Shown: in pieces, positions 8,594 through 18,509 of the stretch
Layout of the letters: every line of letters begins with the position of its first letter
How positions within the stretch are numbered: position 1 is the first letter of the stretch
DNA from: Ginkgo biloba
Taxonomy: Eukaryota; Plantae; Ginkgophyta
Assembly (NCBI GenBank): GCA_024626585.2
Contig: JANKJI020000004.1
Location: 155,314,485-155,332,993, forward strand
DNA: 18,509 nucleotides
Direction: 5' to 3'
Position numbers and translations under genes: made by a program
The notes under the pieces: model-generated
Databases searched by the model: none
Told to the model about the DNA's origin: nothing
What the model saw: only the letters and a program-made list of their open reading frames with translations

Positions 8594-10040
8594 TGTATGA
8601 TCATTGTCATTCGAGTCATTGCTAATGTCATGTCTCCTCCCTGATCCTAGACTTTGGCTGAAAATATAACTCTGTTGAGTTCTATTATCATAGTAATATT
8701 TTTTTCTTGTTTCCTTTGATATCAAGTGGGATGATATCATCGATTCTTCACTAAGAATTTGAGCTTCATTATTTATTCCATCTATATCTCNNNNNNNNNN
8801 GTCCTTTTCTAACTCCATCATTTTTTATTTCATGGAAAACTAGAGCATTTGATGTAAACTACTATAAAAGGATATATTTAAGGAATCATAAAGTTCCATC
8901 ATATTAGGTGTAATGGATACTACATAGGTGAGAGAATATGCAATAGGGGCCATTGTAAATCCATACAATATCTAATAATTTAGAGAGTAAAAAGATAATT
9001 AATTTTCTATAGGATGAGTTCAAATATAATAAAATGAGATAGAATACCCATGTGTTATTCAAGAGTTTGAAATGTATATTTTTTGTTCCTTANNNNNNNN
9101 NNNNNNNNNNNNNNNNNNNNNNNNNNNNNNNNNNNNNNNNNNNNNNNNNNNNNNNNNNNNNNNNNNNNNNNNNNNNNNNNNNNNNNNNNNNNCCCCATTT
9201 ACCCCAACATTTAGTTTCATTGCTTGTTTTTGTAGACCAAAAATGAGCCTAGGAGGGGTCTAGATTCCAAACTCAGGTCCTACCAAGACTAATGAGCGAT
9301 ATATCAAAGGGTATTTATGTTTGAATCCACAAAGACCCTAGCTACAGTAATAATGGCGCTTAACAACTAAAACCACTCATAGCTAAGGGGTCTCTAAATN
9401 NNNNNNNNNNNNNNNNNNNNNNNNNNNNNNNNNNNNNNNNNNNNNNNNNNNNNNNNNNNNNNNNNNNNNNNNNNNNNNNNNNNNNNNNNNNNNNNNNAGG
9501 AGTAAGAGCAAGGTGGAAGGAGATTGCCAAAAACCATGGTAGCAGAACTGCAAATGTGGAGAGCACAACTAGCTAAAATGAGGAAGAAACCTCCGATTTG
9601 ACGTGGCAGAACCTTGAGGATGAAAAATACGGGACGACACATGGAACAACAAAAGAGAAGATACATAATGATCGAAACCAAGTGGAAAAATCCAACATGG
9701 AAGGTTACGAGGAACAAACTCCAAAAATCATAGATTCAAATACGACATGTACATGACAAACCCCTGAACCCAGTGTTCGAGCAGGAGGAGGGCCCTTGGT
9801 CTTTGATATCTAAAGAAAAGCCATTAAAAAGTTGTTCGCGAAGCTCAGGAAGCAACCGCAAGGGGATTCCATCAAGGATATAGACAGATAGGTTGAAGAA
9901 CTATTGCTTGAAAATGAAGCATCAACAGATATTCAACCAACCACTAACCTTGATATCAGTATGAGGAACGACTTCTCAAAACTAATACTAGAGGGGCTTT
10001 GTAACTTAATGTTAGATGACCAAGAAGAGCAACCACTACG

Positions 10041-11214
10041 GTGCCTTTCAAAAGAAGATCTTCCAAAGGTGATACAATTTCCGAAGACTCTGAACCCAAC
10101 AAGACATTAAAACATTCGCAAACACCCTTTAGCACACATAAGAATCCATTATATACAAAATCCTCTACAATGGCTACACAGGAGAAATCGAGTGCCTCTG
10201 GAGGGCATCCCAAAGGATCTAAGCCACAACAACCCTTTGGAACCAATGGTAGTTGTTTAAACATAGGAAATTCGACAGGAAGCCAAGCTCCTAGCAATAA
10301 CCCAAATCCATTCAACATACTTAGTGGAGGTTCAACATCAAAGATGTCAACTCCCCCAAATTTTAACCCATTTGCTGCTTGTGGTCCCACAAGTGACATT
10401 GGCGAAGCAAATTTTTTCAGGAGCTAGCAAGTACTGACAACTCTAAAAATCTCTTCCAATACTAGCAGGCCAACAAACCAATTCGGAAGCCTTCCAACAG
10501 CAAACCCAAACTCAGGAGTAGGACCCAATCCAATATTGTTCGGGTTACCTCAATATGAAAACTACGGATTCAACTTGGGGTCAATCCCAGGAATGTCAAA
10601 CTACGGTTATGGTTTCAATAGAGGGTTCCCAAATTCAATAATATGATGTAATAGCCCATGCCTGGAAACTTGTTTGGATTTGGAGGTCTGTTTCCTCACC
10701 ATTTACCAACGAAACACCTAGCATGCTGAACTCAAGCAATAACTACAGAGGTATCTACAATAACAATAATAACAATAATGATAATGGATGTAATGGAGGC
10801 AACAATAACGGAAGCAATAACAGTGGTGGAGAAAACAACCACAATAACCATCCTGTTAACGATGGAAATAGCACATTTAATGGTCCGAATGTGTTCCAGT
10901 GTCCTGACACTTCCCTTCAACACTTGAAATACGAAGGATATGTAGATCATTTGAGCACTTAGCCCTCTTCCTGAACAACATAGAGCAACAAGGGATTACA
11001 AATGAAGTAGCGATAAAACAAAGTATTTTCTCAACTCTTTGGGAATCGCACTTCAATGGTATGAATGTGTCAAAGATAATCTTGTCCCATGATCAAAGAG
11101 CAATTCCTTGATCACTTCCAAACACTACGCAACCCATCCACAATCTATATAACCCTTTGAGAGATGAAGCAGGCTACAAAAGAAATGGTGCAAAACTATG
11201 ATGGTAGACTCCAG
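10041..11214 (+). mobile_element. Degenerate Ty3/Gypsy gag (low-complexity N-terminus plus retrotransposon gag domain)
   Basis: An S/N/P/G-rich region with repeated NPF motifs is followed from ~10924, across frameshifts, by LKYEG..D / FEHLALFLNNIEQQGITNEVAIKQSIFSTL / GIALQWYECVKDNLVP* / IKEQFLDHFQTLRNPSTIYITL*EMKQATKEMVQNYDGRL. These carry the G.A..WY, W..LK..FL..F and KQ...E.V..Y..R motifs of the gag capsid. Confidence 0.85.
10736..10850 (+). repeat. Imperfect (AAC/AAT)n low-complexity tract (poly-Asn/Gly in the gag frame)
   Basis: aacaataataacaataatgataat...aacaataacggaagcaataac...aacaaccacaataac. Confidence 0.85.
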
Positions 11215-12139
11215 NNNNNNNNNNNNNNNNNNNNNNNNNNNNNNNNNNNNNNNNNNNNNNNNNNNNNNNNNNNNNNNNNNNNNNNNNNNNNNNNNNNNNN
11301 NNNNNNNNNNNNNNATGTTCGAAAATATATTTAGTAACAATAAGAATGGCAAAAGGTGGAAAGGCACAATCTTAATGTAATATGTTGATTTAGATGTTGA
11401 TGCTTCATATTCTTGAGGTGAAGGTCTGAAACATTTGATTCAATAATAGACTTGGGGTCATGACAAGTAGTGGAATTTTTTTTTTGTTGATACTGAATAG
11501 GAGCAATTTTTCATCGGAGTGTTGCATATATGAATTTCTTGCTAACCTAACACAAAGGTTTGACAAACATTTACTTCTTGTTTTGGCACTATGCTATCTG
11601 TGATCCTACGTGTATGGTAGCATGAAAGGAGACATGGGCACTAGTTCATGTTCATAAAATCTAGTTGTAAGTTCGATAATAATTTCAAATTTGAGCAACA
11701 TATTTTGAATTTTGTCGCTTTTATGTCAATGTTATAATATTCGAGAAAGATTATGGTCACATTTATTTCCAAGAACATTGGTTGAGTAATGTGACGAGTG
11801 GGTCACTTCTTAGGAAAAGTAGAGGGTTGTAGATTGGTTGGTACTTCAACAACTTTCTACATGATTTTTATGGTTTTCTTATAGATGTAAGTATGCAACA
11901 TGTGCTTACTCACATGCGATAATGGTAGGATTTGGAGTCTATTTTTAATTGTTATAGTTTGCATTTTGATCCATCTTAAAAAATGGTTAATGTCTCCCCC
12001 AAATTTGCTACTCTAGCTAAAGTTGATGCTTCAATTAAAGAATTGGAGATTTCCTATAGAATATACACGTGGGGTATGGTGAATGAGTCATTAAATTTAT
12101 GCTAGCTCATGTGTTATTGTAGATAGGAAATCAACCATT

Positions 12140-12539
12140 GAAGACTAAAGTTATTAATATTANNNNNNNNNNNNNNNNNNNNNNNNNNNNNNNNNNNNNN
12201 NNNACGAGATAGGATGTGACCACCACTATGAAAGCATGTGCCATTTTCGAGGAATACAAGGATGTTAAAGTTGTCCTACAAATATTGGCCTTAGTGAATT
12301 GAGTTGGTGGATGGTGCTAAACCTATATGACAACACCCTTATATGATGAATCCTAAATTTAGAGCTCAGGTAAAGGATGAATTTGATAAAATATTGCAAG
12401 TTTATTATATTTATGAGCTTGTGATTGAGTTAAGCCTATTTCTATGGCTGAAAGAAGAATACAGATTTGTGTAGACTATTGACCCTTTAAGCGATAAAGT
12501 GTGATCCCTTTAGAATTCCTTTTATAGAAGATTTGTTGG
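12140..12539 (+). mobile_element. Degenerate Ty3/Gypsy reverse transcriptase, N-terminal part
   Basis: KTKVINI, FEEYKDV (12246), IELVDGAKPI*QHPYMMNPKFRAQVKDEFDKILQ..YIY (from 12298), IQICVDY* and DPFRIPFIEDLL (to 12539). Two stops are CGA>TGA at conserved Arg positions. Confidence 0.9.
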
Positions 12540-15375
12540 NNNNNNNNNNNNNNNNNNNNNNNNNNNNNNNNNNNNNNNNNNNNNNNNNNNNNNNNNNNNN
12601 NNNNNNNNNNNNNNNNNNNNNNNNNNNNNNNNNNNNNNNTCTTACGTTCTAGTTTGATTCACTTTAAGTCTATTGTAGCCATCTTATTGCATTGGAAGAC
12701 AACTGAAGATGTTCTCTTTAGACGTTTCTTTAAGAAGTTAATTGCAGGAGTACAAGAGATCCACCATTCATCTCATGAAGCAGGAAAACACAGTTTAGGA
12801 ATTTAACTAACTAGTTGGTGCTCATTCATTTTGTCAAACACTTGCCGGTTAGGAGAAGCTTGAAGCGCAAAATTAATATCATGCAGATTAGCATTTAGTA
12901 GATTGTTAAAATTTAGGTGTTGTATTTGGCAATATCTTCAGGGTCCTAGGCTTGCAAGTCAGTCTTACAGCCAATTGATAGTAAGCTCCCTTGTCAAGAA
13001 GAAAAAAGACAATCTATTGATGTTAGCCTTCTTCCATGCAAGAACTATATGCATAATCGCCATACACGTGCCATTTCAAAATTCTCAAGTCAGGATGATT
13101 GATTTAGGAAGAAATATGCCATTAGTAACAAGGACATGAGCATGTCCTCCCAAGAAAGTGTGTAATAGAAGGCGACTTTTAAGAGTTTTGTCATAAAATG
13201 TGAGACAGTTAGGTCCAATGTTGGCAGAATTCTGGATTAGGTCGACCACTGTTGGAACTGGTCAGTCAGATGGTCCAGACATCCCATGTTGATTATCCTT
13301 TCAGCCAACCTGTCGCAGTCCAAGGCTGTTTCCTTTGTACATCAGCCTATCAAATTTGACCAAAAGGTCCAATATTGGACATTCAAGAAATGGTTAAAGG
13401 GTTTTAATGGTCGTAGGTTCATTTGCCTTTTAAGTAGGTATAAAGGTAGTTNNNNNNNNNNNNNNNNNNNNNNNNNNCCTAAGCATCTCTGATTCAAAAC
13501 TTCTTTCTTCTCCATTCATTACTTTGGTTTGGCTGAATATATACAATTACATCAAAGTCGGTCGACAATTACAAATGATTGACATGACTCAACTACCCAT
13601 CGATAGTGTTGATAAGGTCGACACATGTCGACTCAAAAGTAGGGTCAATGTCTCTCCCACATTTAAAGTACTGATTTGTCAAGAATTTTTAAACTATTGA
13701 CCTGTCCCAAGTCAAGATTTTACCAAAAAGTTCTAAGCACAAAATTTTTTGATTGACATGCCATCATATACAAAATTTACATTGCAATCTAAAAGAAGGT
13801 AGAAAGAAGAGAAGAGAAGTCAGAAGAAAAGGAGAAACAGGAAATATCTTTGAGGTTCATGGTGCAGATGGTGATGACCGAGGCTTCACCATATCGGGAG
13901 CAATGGTATGTATCTGAGTTTGTAGCAACTTCCATTCAACCAATTCACATTGAATTCTATCCTGCACAACATCCATTTTTGTACAGTGTAACACGGTGTT
14001 ATCCTGTGCTAGGGAGTCCTCTGTTGGAATTAAGGCTTTGACTTCGATCATTTCGGTATCGATATAGTCCTTGGTCACCTTCATTCGTTTCAACAGTTGT
14101 TCTGAAGTATNNNNNNNNNNNNNNNNNNNNNNNNNNNNNNNNNNNNNNNNNNNNTTTTGCTGTGCAATCTTGTGTTTCTCTTTGGCCCATTTCTAAATTA
14201 ATGTTGACCTCATTTGAGTGTCAACCTCTTGAAGTGTCTGCTACTACTGAATATCTAGGGATGCCATTTGAGCTTGAAGTTGAGCTTCATCTAATGCATC
14301 TCTTTCTAGCCACTTGGCTAGCAAATGGTCATTGCTAGAGATTTTGCAACACGTTATTAAAAGTCTAGCTAGGTTNNNNNNNNNNNNNNNNNNNNNNCAA
14401 TGGCTTTCTTGTACTTGTTCATTATTTGTGCCAAGGCCTCTCCCTGAGATATTATTTTTGGAATCCAATCTTTGGTTGCAAATGTAAGATGTCTAATCTC
14501 ATCGAGTGGTCAATGCTAGAATCAACATAGTCTAAGGCAAATCTTTGAAATTTTCTTGAACCTCTTTTGCTATTTCTTCCTGTTTTTCTTTGATTGATGT
14601 AGTTTCTTCTATGTTCAATTTTTGCTTGGTTAAGACCTTCTTGTTGCATTGCCTCTGCTGCCTATACAACATTCAAGAAAGGTGCCTTGCTAAGATTGAC
14701 CATTATAGTCTACATTGCCCCTTGACTTGGCAAAGACTTAAGCATGATGCTAGTTGTTGGCCAACGGAATGTTAGGTTTAACTGTCTTTGTTTACATTTC
14801 TTCTTCAAGTGCCCAATCCCTTTGAATTATTTGACCAACCTTTTTGTACCTGATGATGTTTGTTTGCAGTAGATTCCGTCCCCGGCCAATCTGGTAAATC
14901 CCGATAGCGAAATGCAAGGGAAAAGCCAGATTTTCACATAAGGGCAACTAGGATTCGCTTCATTATGATGATTTCGAGCCNNNNNNNNNNNNNNNNNNNN
15001 NNNNNNNNNNNNNNNNNNNNNNNNNNNNNNNNNNNNNNNNNNNNNNNNNNNNNNNNNNNNNNNNNNNNNNNNNNNNNNNNTTGATGACAAGAAGGTATTG
15101 ATGCTTTCATCTAACACTAGAATTCTTGCAACCTAAGGTCACCTTCGTATTGGCGAAAACAATACAACTCAACCCTTATAGATGTAGGGCTTTGGTAATA
15201 GAATAGGTTGTGTAGACCTTGAATTACCCTTTGACTATCGATGCATAACTAGTAAACATTGGTTTTGTTGGTGTTTAGAACTTTAATTGAACAAGAGATA
15301 GTAAGCTCTCTAACATAAGACAAGACTTGGTTGTCAAGGTAACAACACTCGCCTATTGGAGGGTGTGATGGCAAG

Positions 15376-15789
15376 CTGTGGTGGGCAACCTTGTTTGAGG
15401 ATGCAAAAAATAGGCATAGCAATGTGGTGTGTGACAAAGAGAAGGGAAACCAAATTGTCACATGTACCTATCACTCCACCCCATACCCACAACTCCCTTC
15501 AAGAATTGGGGGATGGATTTTGTAGGATTTGTAAGTCCTCTTACAAGGACATTACTTGACCATGCTAACTTCTTATAGAAATAGGCGTCGTCATCAAATG
15601 GTTCAATGCACGCTTAGTGAGACAACAAGATTCAAAACAACAATCATACTCTTGCATGAAATAGTAATTACATGTGTTGGATGTTTGTTGTAACTAACTA
15701 GCGGTCAAGTTGGAGGGTTTATAAACAAAATTGTCGAAGAGCTCGTGAAGGAATTTATGATCACTCATAAAAAATTGACACCATATTAT
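15376..15789 (+). mobile_element. Degenerate Ty3/Gypsy integrase (end of zinc-binding domain and core)
   Basis: LWWATLFEDAK, QCGV*QREGKP, PFKNWGMDFVG (~15495-15527) and FINKIVEELVKEFMITHKKLTPYY (15718-15789), with multiple frameshifts. Confidence 0.9.
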
Positions 15790-17233
15790 TGTATGGTGGA
15801 GAACTTGCAGTAGTAGAGTCAACTCGGTCATAACACAGAAGCAGGCTTCGATCGTAGAACCTCCACGGATATCGGTCGCAGTAAGACTAAATCACAGTGT
15901 AGAATGAGGCGTGAATTGCAACTAGTCTCGGTGGTAGCATGGAATAAAAACCCTGGTCATAGTGGGTAATGATGTCCAAACAGAGCAAGTCTCAATCACA
16001 ACACTATGAAAGACCTCGATTATAATTAGATTTGCACTACAAACACTTGTAAACATTCTATTTTGGAATTCACATAAAAAATGATAGAAAAGTGGTGCAA
16101 TTGGTCCTCCAAACATGAGAATTTATACATAAGATGAAAATTTTATATTATAAAATGTCATCTTGTCTCGAAGTGTNNNNNNNNNNNNNNNNNNNNNNNN
16201 NNNNNNNNNNNNNNNNNNNNNNNNNNNNNNNNNNNNNNNNNNNNNNNNNNNNNNNNNNNNNNNNNNNNNNNNNNNNTGAAACCGGGTCTAGCTGACAAAA
16301 GGCTCCTATGTCCTTCCAACTACCGTTAGTCAACACTCCCGCGGGCAACAAAGGGGCAATTGATTTTGATTGCTGAATTTTAGTTGTATAGAGTTGAGAT
16401 AGCCTTATATGTGATAGATTGAATACTTCCTCCTCTTGAATGGTTTATATGGCTTTAAGGCTTGATGCCAATTGATAGGATCGGATATAATATGCAATTT
16501 ATAATAGCATTCAACTTGATATCCATGTGTGTTGAATTTGTATGCATTGTATGCCAATTAATTAACACAATTGCACAAGCTTGCTCACTCGCAACAATTG
16601 GGATTATCGATTACAATAGTAAACAGTCAAAACTAATAGTATCTATTGTAGCAGCATTGGTCGCAACAACCTCTGGTCGCAATGAGCATCCGATCATTCC
16701 AACATTTGGTCGCAACCCTACCACTTGGTTGCAACCAATTGACCCAAAATTACTAGTAAAAACCATAGAGATGATCGACTACACAATCGACATAAATATG
16801 GCCAACCATAAAGACAATTAATGATTGACGACATGTGAAAAAGGGCAATAACTATGTAATGATTACTTGATAGTAGACGGATTGCTTATTATCATAAAGT
16901 CAATTGTATCACTTGTGATAGGAAGGTAAAAGTGTAATTATGAGAAATTGTTGCCATGATTTATTGGCACACAGGTGATCGTGGGGGCATCTAATGATAA
17001 TCATTGGTCATCTACCAATCAGCTAGTGCAAGCCTTTATTAACCCACCATGAACCCCTTTGTACATATTAAAACAACAATTATCTATATAGGGTGCTATG
17101 GGTGAACAATTAAAGAGAGGAGTGACCACACAATGAGTAGGCAGGCACTCACATGCATCAGTGAATGACCAAAGAGGTAGCTAGACAACATGTTGGGGAA
17201 AATTTCGAAATTCTAGATAGAAATCAAAGCACA

Positions 17234-18509
17234 ATGTCTCTTAGCATCGTGAGTAGTATTGGTCATTTCCAATTGAGCATCCTTTGAAATAGGTCATGGC
17301 CCATTTTGAGTTGGCAATATACACGATGATACGACTGGTTTTCTACGACCGAGTGCCTTGCCTTGTAGTTGGGATGGGATCCATGAACCCATTGCTTTTT
17401 GAGATTACTAGTCAACCCATCCACGAGGTTGACGACTTACCACACGAAGGATCTGAGGTACTAATGGCAGCATGATAGGATTGGTAGGGCCTAGCATAGG
17501 AATATTGTTCCCACCCATTAGATGGTAGCACCTCTTGAATCCACATTGACAGGCTACAAGATGATAATTTGTGTTGGATTACTTAATTTATAGTTGCTAG
17601 ATTGTTGGGAAACAAGAAAGCTTCCCATATTCCCACATAGCTCATGATGGCATTGCAGGAAGTCCTAAAAGGTACAAAATTAAATTGGTGTGCATTTGTT
17701 ATAAGATATTGAGCTCATTGAAGAAAATTAAGAAAGTGCCACAATCCTTGTCGTTTTTTCTACCCATAATTTTTAGTGAGATTGCTATTAGCACAATGTC
17801 CAGCAATTGAGCTACCCATTCTGGACAGTAGCATTGAATTTCCTCAACTTGCTGGTTGGGTAGAATCTTACCCCAAAATTGGCATTACAAATATGAATTT
17901 CATTGGGTTTACAACATCATTTGTTGAAGTTTGACTTGGCTATAGGAGAAGTTGAAACCATAGCCTGTGAAGAAGGCTAAAAGGAGGAAAAGGAAAGAAG
18001 TAGTTTCAGAGGCGATGGGTACCAATCGAGACCCAACCTCGCACACAAAAGAAGAAGAAGAGACGAGGACAAAGAAAAACACAACACCAATAGTAGAGGA
18101 AGTGCCTATAAAGTCTCTTGATACTAGTATTGTTGATATATCTTCCACCATGACTTGCAATCGAGCTGTGTTGGTATCTTTGGGGCCAGAAGCCTATTCT
18201 CTAGTACTAATGCCTAGACCCAATTGGGCAAGTAGCATTGATAAATTGCTTTCAATTTAGTGGAGTGACATCATAGAGATATTTTGAAGAAGGCTTGGAT
18301 AAGGCAGAATGTGAGTTGTCCAACCTCCCACAATGGAAACCTATTTTCACCACGAACATGATTCAAATTTTGGTTTGGGATTTATTCACCAAAATTACGG
18401 ATCTCACCTGTGGAATAAGCTAAGAAACTTTGGATGCTCGAGATCAGCTAGAAGATTTTGTCAATGTTTTGTTGGAATATGTGGGTCAAAAATCTAACTT
18501 GTACAAGCA
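17234..18509 (+). mobile_element. Possible degenerate retrotransposon accessory ORF (plant mobile domain / Athila-type extra ORF-like) with charged C-terminal region
   Basis: Fragments ITSQPIHEVDDLPHEG (~17404), WIT*FIVARLLGNKKASHIPT*LMMALQEVLKGTKLNWCAFV (~17575-17700) and FYP*FLVRLL (~17758), then a K/R/E-rich ORF at 17967-18260. The pattern IT...I.EV..LP.EG ... G.K.NW ... YP.FL.RL recalls TE extra ORFs. Many stops are present. Confidence 0.45.

Larger units (their letters stand above)
1548..16276. other. Nine exactly-100-N spacer gaps (1548, 4213, 6028, 7710, 9093, 11215, 12540, 14981, 16177) joining small scaffolds
   Basis: Gap lengths were counted directly. The other gaps have irregular sizes (10-126 N), and content changes abruptly across the 100-N gaps. 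Confidence 0.9.

Noticed and set aside
9231-9365. Short LTR (TGTAG...CTACA) with a TGGCGC primer-binding site upstream of gag
   Set aside because: The putative PBS is 7 nt from the CA and matches only about 6 nt, which is too weak.
10041-15789. One full-length Gypsy element (gag-RT-integrase in order, all plus strand)
   Set aside because: The domains are on separate pieces split by 100-N gaps, with unrelated sequence between them (12640-14980), and no paired LTRs.
16035-16047. CACTACAA as a CACTA terminal inverted repeat
   Set aside because: The match is short, there is no partner TIR or adjacent subterminal repeats, and the GGTCGCAA array is on a different piece.

Overview
AT-rich, heavily gapped plant genomic DNA with the repeat content of a large genome; a gymnosperm or fern-like lineage is my impression only. 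Nine gaps of exactly 100 N divide the window into ten ~1.1-2.6 kb pieces that are probably not true neighbours, so adjacency across those gaps means little. Most recognisable content is decayed Ty3/Gypsy sequence (two integrase relics, gag, gag-protease, RT and a possible accessory ORF) plus LTR fragments. Three host-gene pieces are visible. (i) A type II MADS-box exon degraded mostly by C>T/G>A transitions lies ~0.9 kb upstream of a textbook Helitron 3' end. (ii) One intact internal exon encodes an At2g39080/YeeZ-like NAD(P)-binding Rossmann protein. (iii) An intron-less, stop-containing BEL1-like (BELL/POX domain) fragment looks like a retrocopy fused in frame to unrelated sequence. The most striking non-coding signal is a CpG-rich LTR-like segment with nine DRE/CRT (RCCGAC) motifs in ~230 bp just upstream of a TATA box. 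No complete gene, RNA gene or CRISPR array is supported, and I cannot demonstrate a new multi-gene system. All homology calls are by-eye motif recognition, not database searches.
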